Below are positions 47,726 through 56,850 of a DNA stretch of 64,000 nt, one piece after another. A model generated the notes under the pieces. The model worked only from the letters and a program-made list of their open reading frames with translations, ran no database searches and was not told the DNA's origin. The DNA lies in the NCBI GenBank assembly GCA_905182515.1, contig CAJJBW010000004.1, positions 33,131 through 97,130 on the forward strand, in the 5' to 3' direction. Position 1 is the first letter of the stretch. Every line of letters starts with the position of its first letter. This DNA comes from an uncultured Candidatus Poseidoniales archaeon (GTDB taxonomy: Archaea > Thermoplasmatota > Poseidoniia > Poseidoniales > Thalassarchaeaceae). The position numbers and the translations under genes are program-made.

Positions 47726-48967
47726 ATGAATTTGCAACCTCTTGGTAATCTGGAACTTTTGCCCGAACCCGATGAACCCAACATTCTAACTGCGATTGAT
47801 CAAGATGCCCAAGGTTATGCTGGTAATGTATATGGAGTAAGTGATGAAGAAGCACGTAAGTTAAGAAGAATAATACTGCCGATTAAAAGATTAATTTGGC
47901 CTTGGGGGGCGTTAATGTTTACGGTATTTGTGACATTCCTAATTATTAGTTGGCCAGTCATAAGCCCCTTACTATCACAAGCACTGCCTGATTCTGAATG
48001 GGCATTTGAAGAGACAGGTATTAGAGAAATGCATAATTTAGGATATTTCGGAACAGGAATTAGAGTATGCATGGTTGATACCGGTATCGACATATCTCAT
48101 CCAGATCTAGAACATTTGGAATTGGCAGGCTTTAGGGATTTTTATGCTGAAGATCACAGCAACGTACGTGATATAGGTAGTAACCTCCATGGAACATTGA
48201 TGTCAGGAATACTTGCTGCAAATGGAAGTTTAGTTGGTGCTGCTCCAGAAATTTCTCTTTCAGTTGCAATATCACTTGGCCCATCGGGAACATCTGGTCA
48301 AGAAGGAATGGTATCCCAAGCAATAAGGTGGTGCCGAATATCTCAAAATGCTGACATAATAAGTTTGAGTCTCGGTGCAAATCCGGGTGAAAGAATAGAC
48401 GACCGTTCAGAAACTGCTATAGCAGTAAAAGAGGCTATTGAGGATGGTATTTTTGTAATTGCTGCAGCAGGAAATACCGGATTAGACAGTTCAATTAATG
48501 ATGTTTCAATCCCGGCTAATGTAGAAGGCGTAATTTCAGTTGCAGCAACTAATAAGAAAGGTTCAATTTGGCCAGATAGTGCTATTGCATCTAATATCGA
48601 CCCATATAGTGAATCCGAAAGAGTGTTTCCTAATCAAAAACCTGAAATTTCAGCACCAGGAGTAAGGTTATTGTCAACATATTCAACATCTCCAAATAAT
48701 CCTCTATACGCATATTCTTCTGGGACAAGTGACTCAACAGTATTAGTCACTGGAGCCCTAGCTTTACTTTTACAACAATATGGGGATTTAATCGCCGGAG
48801 GAGATGGTGTGATTAGTTATGACGAATTGTTACGAGTTAAATCATCACTTGCATTGTCGACAGGAACTGATATTGAAGGTTCAGGGCACGATTTACAAAA
48901 AGGATATGGTAAATTAAATGTGATTGCGTGGGGTGAATTAATCGCAATTGAATTTAATCCTAATTAA
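47726..48967 (+). CDS. Membrane-anchored subtilisin-like serine protease (peptidase S8)
   Basis: TM helix: WPWGALMFTVFVTFLIISWPVI. Asp: VCMVDTGIDISHPDL. His: NLHGTLMSGILAA. Oxyanion Asn region: AAAGNTG. Ser: YSSGTSDSTVLVTGALALL. Confidence 0.8.
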   Translation: MNLQPLGNLELLPEPDEPNILTAIDQDAQGYAGNVYGVSDEEARKLRRIILPIKRLIWPWGALMFTVFVTFLIISWPVISPLLSQALPDSEWAFEETGIREMHNLGYFGTGIRVCMVDTGIDISHPDLEHLELAGFRDFYAEDHSNVRDIGSNLHGTLMSGILAANGSLVGAAPEISLSVAISLGPSGTSGQEGMVSQAIRWCRISQNADIISLSLGANPGERIDDRSETAIAVKEAIEDGIFVIAAAGNTGLDSSINDVSIPANVEGVISVAATNKKGSIWPDSAIASNIDPYSESERVFPNQKPEISAPGVRLLSTYSTSPNNPLYAYSSGTSDSTVLVTGALALLLQQYGDLIAGGDGVISYDELLRVKSSLALSTGTDIEGSGHDLQKGYGKLNVIAWGELIAIEFNPN

Positions 48968-49025
48968 TATTTTCAATACGCTTTTAGACCCTATTGTTAA
49001 ATTAACTTATGCTGCCCCATGATAT

Positions 49026-52000
49026 ATGAGGGACAAGGATAAAGCGCGTAGTACATTTTTAGTATTCTTAATGTTTTCAAGTATTTTAGTTTCATTAATA
49101 GGGCCAGCATCTATTGTTTCAGCAAACAATGAAACTGAATCTGGGACTATAACTGGAACTGAAATATGGTCAGGAGTTCATCAATTAACTGGAGATGTAA
49201 CTATTGCAACAGGTGCCCAATTAATAATAAATCCTGGTACTATTATTAACATACCTAACGGGACTCATATTGATGTAAGAGGGAGTATATGTGCAGGAGA
49301 ATATTTTTGTGGAGCCAGCTCTAATGCGAACCCAAGTCAAAAAATTAAATTCCAATGGAGTGACCCATTGGTATCCAACGCGACTGGGAGTTGTGCAGGA
49401 TTAACTACTAATAATCAAGAAATTTCTGTAACCGATCCATCATGTTATGAAGGAATCTTGATTCGTAGTTCTATAGATCTTTCCTTAACTGGCATGAGGC
49501 ATGTGGTGATTGAGGGGGCTTATGGAATACCTCATTTTATTAATTCAGTAAATGAATGGAGATATGGTGCACTAGTGATAGACGGCGCAAGCCCCACTCT
49601 TAGAAATCTAGATTTCTCTGATATAAATACATCTAGTATTGTTACTACAAATCTAGCTCAACCAATTTTAATAGATGGCTCATTCACAGTTGGTAATGAC
49701 GAAGAAAGTAACGTTGGCGGCTCTGCTCTCCAAATTTATAATTCGGGAACATCAATTGCACCATTCACATTAAATAGTCCATTTTTTAAACAAGGAACAA
49801 ATAAGGGATGTCAAAGTAATGATGGCGGCAGATCTGCTTTATGGGCCCAAGAATCTTTCATCAATATCAATAATGCGGATATAGGAACTGGTGATTTTGG
49901 GGTTACTTTTAGAGATACGGCTGGCAAATTTACTAATTCAACAATTGATGTAAATTGTGTCGGCATATCTGTACAGGGTAAAAGAACAGTGAACTCTGTA
50001 TCATTTGGCTTAGATATACTAAATAATCAAGTAACAACCGCTGAAGGAACTGGTATTTTTACTTCCAATAGTGCTTTAGTTGATATTAGATATAATGCAG
50101 TGCAAGGGGCATCAGCAGGTTCGGGAATAGCAGTTTCATCTAGCGTGGCTAAAATTCATGAAAATATTATAGGTCCGATTACTGGTTATAATGGATTATG
50201 GTTATTTGGTTCCTTTGAAGTGGAAGCAGAGAATAATACAATTTCAGATACTAATAGGGAGCCAATTATTGCAGGGGCATATTCTAATTCTGATACATCA
50301 ATATCAAATTTATATCTTGTAAATAATGATATTTCAACAGATGGAACTGGCACTTGTTCTAGTAACAAATGGTGGGGAGGAAGTTTCTTCTGCCCAGCAA
50401 TAATGATATTTAGATCAGGTGCAACAATACATGATAATGATATTCAAGCAGGATCTGCAAATGCCATTATGGCGATAGGGGCATTATTAGATGTACAAAG
50501 AAATATTTTTGACGGTGCACTTACAGGGGCCCTGATAAAGAATTATAATGATGGTTTTGCAGGTAGTGAGCAATATGGGTCCTTAGCATTCTTTTCTCAA
50601 AATATTTGGTCTAATGTAGGCATGACCTACAATATTACCAAGAGTTCTGTTACTGTGCAATCAGAAACCATTCCTGCCGCTGCTACTGGGGAATATCCGG
50701 TCAGACTTTCATGGCCAGATCAAGAAGCATGGCATGCCAATAATTTCCAAACTAAAATCATGGTTCCTCCTGTAAAAAGCTGCCCAGCATGTGATGAGGT
50801 TATTCCACGTAATTTTCCTTTGGCATTAAATATGGACAATAACTCTACAGTATTTACATTTTCAAATTTGACAAATTTAGATACTAATAACATATACATT
50901 GAAACTCAACCAACTCATTATGCCGTACAAGTTAGTAGGGCAGAATTAGTCAGATTCCAGGCTTTAATAAATGGAGAAAAAGTTTCTGATGCCTTAGTGT
51001 TAATTGAGGATGCCTTAGGTAATGACCTATATTCTATTCTTACCGTATCAGATGGATATACTCCTTGGTTTTCTCTCCCTTCGAATTTCCATTTGGATTT
51101 TAGGGGGCTAGGTGGAGGAGATAATCCTGATGGATTTGCTGATGATGAATATGAAGATTCTTGTTCAGATGGAATTGATAATGATGGAGATCTAACTGTT
51201 GATAGTAATGACGTTGACTGTAATTATTCAGAAGGAACGAGAGAGTTATCGAGGTTCTTTTACACCATATATCGCTTTGGATTCGGTTATGCTACAGGAG
51301 AATTCACACTTGAAGAATCTACATATCAAGATTCAATAAACCTTGTCAACTTGGCGCCATCTGTACAAATAACTCAATCAAATGGTCATTCATATAGGAA
51401 AATTGTTAATATTACTGGTAATGCACATGATGGGCAATTAGCAAATAGCTATGCTTCAAATGAATTCGCACAATGGAGTCAACAAGGATATGTTCATCAT
51501 ATAGAGGTCAAAGACCCCTTTACTAGTGAATGGGAAGATGCTGGTTTTGCAGTAGATGATAGTGATGCCAATGAAGGTACGGTGACCCGCTTCAATCATC
51601 CGTTTAGTGAATGGTATTATGAAATTGATATGTCCAATAGAGAAGAAGGAGACTACATTTTTGCATTCCGTTCATTTGATGGGACAGATTACAGTGAAGT
51701 AGTTTCTAAGGAATTTAAACTTAATACAGAAGCTCCAATTATATCCGTATCAACACCAACATCACTATCTACTCATTCTGATAACTTTATTCATTTTGAG
51801 GGTGATTCTTCAGACCCGTACGGATGCCCATTAGATTGCAATAAAGACTTAAAATCAATATATATGCTAATTGAAGGTCCAAGTTTTCAAGTTACAACTC
51901 CTATCGAGGTTAATCATAATGGTTCATGGAGTTGGGATTGGGATTTCAGTGGGCAACCACGAGAATCCGCCGCATACACTTTTACAATATGGGCATCTGA

Positions 52001-53273
52001 CTCAGACTTCTGCAAGGGGATTATAGATGTCTGTTCACCCATCGTACTTTCATTAACAGTAGATAACTCTAACCTTGCTCCAATTATAAATATTAATGAA
52101 CCAACCGATGGACTAAGGCTATCTGTTTCTCAAAATACTCAAGTAAGTGGCGTTGTGAGGGACTTCGATGGAAGTGTATCTAGAGTAGATATAGAAATCA
52201 AAGATGTTCAAAATGAGTATATAATAATTCATTCTCTTTCCATATCTGAATTTAGCGACAATGGTGAATGGAATTATTCTTGGGATTCACGGCAATTAAA
52301 ACATGATTCTACTTATCTTTTAAGATTTAGATCTTATGATGGATATGATTTCAGCAGTTGGACTGAGTTAGAGATAATCGCAGACAATCCTCTCGATGCT
52401 GACAACAATCAACCAACTTTCACTTCCGAAGGATGGGTTGAAAATAATATATTATATTGTGATATAAATTCTAAATCTTCTAGTAGATGTACAACTATTG
52501 AACTCAATCTTTTGGAATTTTTCGAGGACCAAGATTATGATATACAATATATATCAGTTTACAATGGTCAAAATAGTTATGATGATAATTATGGAATAGT
52601 AATAAAAGTTAGTAGCAATGGAATAGCTACTTACAATCCTACAGATATGAATTTTTACGATAATGATATTTCTACATGGTCATTATTGGATGTAATATTT
52701 GTTGCAACTGACTCTTTCGGCTCGAAAATTAATTCTGATCCTATATCCTTTACAGTGGAACCAATTGAGTTTAAGATTAATGATTTAGATTATGACACAA
52801 TAGAGGAAGAAGGAGTAATGTTATATTCAGGAACTGGCTTACCTGGTAAAACAATTACTGTTATTGTTGGTGGTAACCAAATTAACAGTACTATAGTATC
52901 TGAAAATTCAACATGGATACTGGGAATACCCGCATCAAGATTACCTGATAATGTGGCATCTCCTAAATTTTCAATGGGCGGCCAAGACCCAATTCAAGTT
53001 GCTGACATCTTCGTAGGGCCATTCGAAGAGCAGGGATATCCTACGGGTTTAATTATCGTTGTAATTATAATTATTATAGGGATCGTTACTCTTGCATATT
53101 TCTTTGTAGAGTTAGAAGTAGATGAACAAGAAAAAGAATCTTTAGAAGGGGATTCAGATTTTGGAAGTACTAATGACGAATCAATTTTACAAAAACATGA
53201 TGATCACCCTGGTTGGCTTTGGAACCCAATCGATAAAGAGTGGATTGAAGATACTGAGTATGTTTCAAAATAA
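49026..53273 (+). CDS. Large (1415 aa) secreted/anchored protein with a right-handed parallel beta-helix region (NosD/pectate-lyase-like), Ig/cadherin-like modules and a C-terminal TM helix
   Basis: Signal peptide: STFLVFLMFSSILVSLIGPASIVSA. Repeated N/G/S/T-rich about 22-aa turns (e.g. NNQVTTAEGTGIFTSNSALVDIRYNAVQGASAGSGIAVSSS). One acidic Cys-bracketed motif CSDGIDNDGDLTVDSNDVDC (51162-51221). C-terminal helix: GLIIVVIIIIIGIVTLAYFFV plus an acidic tail. Confidence 0.65.
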   Translation: MRDKDKARSTFLVFLMFSSILVSLIGPASIVSANNETESGTITGTEIWSGVHQLTGDVTIATGAQLIINPGTIINIPNGTHIDVRGSICAGEYFCGASSNANPSQKIKFQWSDPLVSNATGSCAGLTTNNQEISVTDPSCYEGILIRSSIDLSLTGMRHVVIEGAYGIPHFINSVNEWRYGALVIDGASPTLRNLDFSDINTSSIVTTNLAQPILIDGSFTVGNDEESNVGGSALQIYNSGTSIAPFTLNSPFFKQGTNKGCQSNDGGRSALWAQESFININNADIGTGDFGVTFRDTAGKFTNSTIDVNCVGISVQGKRTVNSVSFGLDILNNQVTTAEGTGIFTSNSALVDIRYNAVQGASAGSGIAVSSSVAKIHENIIGPITGYNGLWLFGSFEVEAENNTISDTNREPIIAGAYSNSDTSISNLYLVNNDISTDGTGTCSSNKWWGGSFFCPAIMIFRSGATIHDNDIQAGSANAIMAIGALLDVQRNIFDGALTGALIKNYNDGFAGSEQYGSLAFFSQNIWSNVGMTYNITKSSVTVQSETIPAAATGEYPVRLSWPDQEAWHANNFQTKIMVPPVKSCPACDEVIPRNFPLALNMDNNSTVFTFSNLTNLDTNNIYIETQPTHYAVQVSRAELVRFQALINGEKVSDALVLIEDALGNDLYSILTVSDGYTPWFSLPSNFHLDFRGLGGGDNPDGFADDEYEDSCSDGIDNDGDLTVDSNDVDCNYSEGTRELSRFFYTIYRFGFGYATGEFTLEESTYQDSINLVNLAPSVQITQSNGHSYRKIVNITGNAHDGQLANSYASNEFAQWSQQGYVHHIEVKDPFTSEWEDAGFAVDDSDANEGTVTRFNHPFSEWYYEIDMSNREEGDYIFAFRSFDGTDYSEVVSKEFKLNTEAPIISVSTPTSLSTHSDNFIHFEGDSSDPYGCPLDCNKDLKSIYMLIEGPSFQVTTPIEVNHNGSWSWDWDFSGQPRESAAYTFTIWASDSDFCKGIIDVCSPIVLSLTVDNSNLAPIININEPTDGLRLSVSQNTQVSGVVRDFDGSVSRVDIEIKDVQNEYIIIHSLSISEFSDNGEWNYSWDSRQLKHDSTYLLRFRSYDGYDFSSWTELEIIADNPLDADNNQPTFTSEGWVENNILYCDINSKSSSRCTTIELNLLEFFEDQDYDIQYISVYNGQNSYDDNYGIVIKVSSNGIATYNPTDMNFYDNDISTWSLLDVIFVATDSFGSKINSDPISFTVEPIEFKINDLDYDTIEEEGVMLYSGTGLPGKTITVIVGGNQINSTIVSENSTWILGIPASRLPDNVASPKFSMGGQDPIQVADIFVGPFEEQGYPTGLIIVVIIIIIGIVTLAYFFVELEVDEQEKESLEGDSDFGSTNDESILQKHDDHPGWLWNPIDKEWIEDTEYVSK

Positions 53274-53324
53274 CTAATTGTATTGTTATTTATCACTAAC
53301 GTTCTTCAATGACTTGTTAAGTGG

Positions 53325-55862
53325 ATGTATATTATGGTTAAAGTTCCTATGACGCGACCCGGCGTTCAAGAAAGAATTTTTCTTCATCTTAGGGATTTTG
53401 TAGATCATTCGGAAAAGGTCGAGGTCCCTTTCGCTTTATCTCAGATGGGTATAGCCAATGCGGTGGCCATCGCTCGTTCAAATGTTCCAAGAGCAATTTC
53501 GGGAATGAAAGAAAGTGGGCAGTTAATAGAGCGTCAGGCTCATGTAACTGGAGTTTCAAGAAAGAGAAAAGCCTACTTTCTAACTACAGAAGGGGCGATG
53601 GTGGCTGATGAAGTCTGGGCTAAAGTTTCGAAACAAAAAGTCAAACTTTTGTTACCAGATGGCAGGTCCGAACATATTTCCTTGTCTGATGCAATTGATA
53701 TGTCGGATTTACCATTAAGGCATGTGGATATTCTAAGATATATGGATGATAACGGCGTTGTAGATTTATCATCTCTTTCTCCTGAATTAATTGAAAGAGA
53801 TCTTTCAAAACATATCGAAAAACAACTTGTTTCATATCTAAATGATATGCCAAGAGCTAGACGATTTTTTGGTCGTGAAAATGAATTGGAGAACATGGTT
53901 GCATTGTTAGAAAACCGATCTAATTCCATATTAGTTCCAGGTATTGCAGGTATCGGTAAAACAGCATTAGCTGCAAAATTACTTGAAAGTTTTACTCATA
54001 GGAGAAATTTACTTTACCACAGGTGTCAAGATTGGGAAGGCTCCAGGGCATTCTTAGAAGCAATTGCCGAATGGCTCTCTGCAATTGGTAACAACGATCT
54101 TTCAGATTATATTAATTCAACTCCAGTACCTCAATCTTCAATTGCCGTCAATATGATTTGTCAAGGCCTTGAAGATTCTCCTGCATTAATTGTAATAGAT
54201 GACTTACACAAAGTAGGAGACGAAACTCTAATCTCTTTATTGAGGGGCCTAACACTAAACATAACAAACTTAACTGAAGTTGGATTAGTAATGTTTTCCC
54301 GTTCTTTTAGGATGGTTGTTCCTGAGTCTGATTCAAGTGGTAAAATAGTGACGCTGGTAATTCCATTGGAAGGATTAGATGCAAACTCAAGTAAACAGAT
54401 ATTAACTGCAATCCCGGACCTTGAAGGTCAACAATTTTCTCATATTTTTTCATTATCTCGTGGACATCCTCTAATATTGGAATTAATAAACCGTGGAAGT
54501 GTTGGTGAAAAATTCCATTCTACTTTAGAGGCTTTTGTAGATCAAGAAATATTTAGCCGGCTATCAGGTCCAGAAAAAAGATTACTAGGCGCAATAGCAG
54601 TTTTCAGAGAGCCTGTGATGTTGGAAGCTATTAATTCAATTGAGAGTGAGACGGATATGTTAGATAACCTCGTCGAAAAAGGATTGGCAAGACAATCTGA
54701 TTCTGAAACATATGATGTACATGATCTCGTGCGGGAATTCCTCGTAAGATCGATGGATGAAACATTACGTTTTGAATTACATTCCAATGCCGTCAATTGG
54801 TATAGGAATAAACGTAGTGGAGCCGCCGATACAATAGAATATATTCATCATCTCCATCTTTCAGGGAACAATGATGACTTGTCTAAAATATTGTTATCCG
54901 AAGGGCATGACTTAGTAACTGCAGGCCATACAGAATTATATTCAATATTAAAATCTTTAGAGTCTGATGACTTTGATAAAAATAGTTGGGGGCTAATAAG
55001 GGAATTGAGGGGCGATATATTGTCCGTCCAAGGCAGATGGGATGAGGCTGAGATAGAATACGATGCAGCAATGAAAAGTATAGGCAAAAATAAGATGATG
55101 ACGGAATTATCTAGATTACTCTCAGCTAGGGCAGATATTGCCGTAAAGAGAGGTGCAATGGATGACGCACTTGAATTACATAGGAAAGCATTAGAAATCC
55201 AAATCTCGATTAGAGATGCGGTCGGTGCCGCCAAATCTTACAATAATATGGGCTATATTTTCCGAAGAAGAAAAGATACTAGGCATGCAATGGAAGTTTA
55301 TGCAAATGTCGAGGAATTATTGAAATCTGAACAAAACTCTGATCTATGCGATGCTAGAATACGATTATCCTCTTCCTTCTTGGAAATGGGGGAATTAGAT
55401 AAATCAAGGGAGCATGCTTTAATTGCTTACGACGAAACAAAAGATATCGGCCAAGAATTTTTACATGCAAGATCACGTGCTGTTCTTGGCAGATATTATG
55501 CTAAAATTTCTGATAATGATCTTGCTTTACATCATTATTCTGGTGCATTAGAAGAACTATCAAAACAAAATAACCCTAAAAGTGTTGTTGAAGTTTCAAT
55601 ATTATTGGGACAAGTGCTGATGGATGCTGGAAGGAATGATGAAGCAGCCAATCATTATCTTGGTGGTTTGGCAGTAGCTGAGGCCAATGATTTTAGGATG
55701 ATGCAGGGAGAATTATTGGCTAGACTTGGTGCAGTAGAATCAGATCGCTCCCAAAGGATGAATTATTTACAGAGTTCACTCTCTGTATTTAGGGAATTAG
55801 GTGCAGTTGACAGGATGAAAGATGTACAAAATTCAGTTCATCGAGCTATTATGGGGCATTAA
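53325..55862 (+). CDS. Signal-transduction ATPase: N-terminal winged-helix DNA-binding domain, NB-ARC/STAND-type NTPase, C-terminal TPR repeats
   Basis: wHTH: LSQMGIANAVAIARSNVPRAISGMKESGQLIERQ. Walker A: VPGIAGIGKTALAAK. Walker B: ALIVIDDLHKV. GxP motif: SRGHPLILEL. TPR-like units: AAKSYNNMGYIFRRRKDTRHAMEVY, ARSRAVLGRYYAKISDNDLALHHY. Confidence 0.7.
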   Translation: MYIMVKVPMTRPGVQERIFLHLRDFVDHSEKVEVPFALSQMGIANAVAIARSNVPRAISGMKESGQLIERQAHVTGVSRKRKAYFLTTEGAMVADEVWAKVSKQKVKLLLPDGRSEHISLSDAIDMSDLPLRHVDILRYMDDNGVVDLSSLSPELIERDLSKHIEKQLVSYLNDMPRARRFFGRENELENMVALLENRSNSILVPGIAGIGKTALAAKLLESFTHRRNLLYHRCQDWEGSRAFLEAIAEWLSAIGNNDLSDYINSTPVPQSSIAVNMICQGLEDSPALIVIDDLHKVGDETLISLLRGLTLNITNLTEVGLVMFSRSFRMVVPESDSSGKIVTLVIPLEGLDANSSKQILTAIPDLEGQQFSHIFSLSRGHPLILELINRGSVGEKFHSTLEAFVDQEIFSRLSGPEKRLLGAIAVFREPVMLEAINSIESETDMLDNLVEKGLARQSDSETYDVHDLVREFLVRSMDETLRFELHSNAVNWYRNKRSGAADTIEYIHHLHLSGNNDDLSKILLSEGHDLVTAGHTELYSILKSLESDDFDKNSWGLIRELRGDILSVQGRWDEAEIEYDAAMKSIGKNKMMTELSRLLSARADIAVKRGAMDDALELHRKALEIQISIRDAVGAAKSYNNMGYIFRRRKDTRHAMEVYANVEELLKSEQNSDLCDARIRLSSSFLEMGELDKSREHALIAYDETKDIGQEFLHARSRAVLGRYYAKISDNDLALHHYSGALEELSKQNNPKSVVEVSILLGQVLMDAGRNDEAANHYLGGLAVAEANDFRMMQGELLARLGAVESDRSQRMNYLQSSLSVFRELGAVDRMKDVQNSVHRAIMGH

Positions 55863-55864
55863 GT

Positions 55865-56668
55865 TTAATTCCTTATTTTTTTAATTTCTTCCGCTCCTAA
55901 AAAATGTGTAAATTCAGGCCCAATTTGTTTCGATATTGCTATATTTCCACAAAATTTTTCTTCAATGTGATACAGGACTTCACTTTCTGCTATATGAGGG
56001 GCATTGTTTTTCTCTGAAAGATGGCACAAAACTAGACTTTTTAACTTTGAATGAACAACTTCGGATAACAGCTCTCCCGTTTGATAATTTGAAAGGTGCC
56101 CTCCCCTCCCTGCAATTCTTCTCTTCAATGATTCAGGATAAGAACTATTCATTAATTTCTTTTGGTCGTAATTAGCCTCAATAGATATATGTTTACAACC
56201 TGCTAAATGTTTCTTCAATTCTAGTGTCGATTGTCCTAAATCTGTTATAAATGCGGCCTTTTCATTTTTTCCACTGTTGGTTATTATTGCTACATTATCT
56301 GCATTATCATGAGGGATAGGTACTGCTATAAAACTTAAATCAACTCCACATTCTACTCTGTCTAGGTTATTAAATGTACGGCATATTTCCATAGGTTCCC
56401 AGCCCATTTTTATTGATGTCTCAATATTACTATATAGAACTGAATCCCATTTAATTGAAGCCCTTTTAGCCGAATTAGAATGATCGCCATGATTATGAGT
56501 TACAATGATAGAATCAATTTCATCACCTTTCATTCCGATTCTAGATAATCTTTTTTCAGTTTGTTTCAATGAAAAGCCACAATCAATTAGAACATTACTC
56601 TCTTCTGTTCTTAGTAATGTTGCATTCCCTTTACTTCCGGAACCCAAATGTGTAATTTCTAAACTCAT
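55865..56668 (-). CDS. Metallo-beta-lactamase-fold hydrolase
   Basis: LGSGSKGNATLL...LIDCG and the HxHxDH motif VTHNHGDHS, with later His/Asp ligands (ITDLG, CHLS). Convergent with the STAND gene, with a 2-nt gap between the stops. Confidence 0.75.
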   Translation of the reverse strand: MSLEITHLGSGSKGNATLLRTEESNVLIDCGFSLKQTEKRLSRIGMKGDEIDSIIVTHNHGDHSNSAKRASIKWDSVLYSNIETSIKMGWEPMEICRTFNNLDRVECGVDLSFIAVPIPHDNADNVAIITNSGKNEKAAFITDLGQSTLELKKHLAGCKHISIEANYDQKKLMNSSYPESLKRRIAGRGGHLSNYQTGELLSEVVHSKLKSLVLCHLSEKNNAPHIAESEVLYHIEEKFCGNIAISKQIGPEFTHFLGAEEIKKIRN

Positions 56669-56776
56669 ATTACTATGTTCGGGGCCTGCGCGGTGGCCTA
56701 TGAATAAATGCTTTAAAATTAGCTAATAGTATTGATTTTAAGATAGCTTTATTTCTGCCGATGGCATTATTAAGTT

Positions 56777-56800
56777 TCAAACGTCTGAACTTTGCTCCAT
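56777..56800 (+). promoter_or_regulatory. Conserved 24-nt upstream element, copy 2 (TCAAACGTCTGAACTTTGCTCCAT)
   Basis: 21/24 identical to 18847-18870. It starts 74 nt upstream of ATG 56851 and is preceded by the AT-rich ATTATTAAG. In this copy the frame corresponding to copy 1 has no ATG and hits TAG at 56814-56816, so the element is non-coding here. Confidence 0.5.
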
Positions 56801-56850
56801 CAGTATGATAAATTAGTCCAGTTTGCTAAATTCATAATCTAGTGGTACCT

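Noticed and set aside
53325-55862. STAND-TPR protein as an Avs-type antiviral sensor
   Set aside because: Avs proteins carry an N-terminal effector such as a nuclease, SIR2 or TIR domain. Here the N-terminal module is a winged-helix DNA-binding domain, and the convergent MBL gene is not in the same operon. A MalT-like regulator is more parsimonious.
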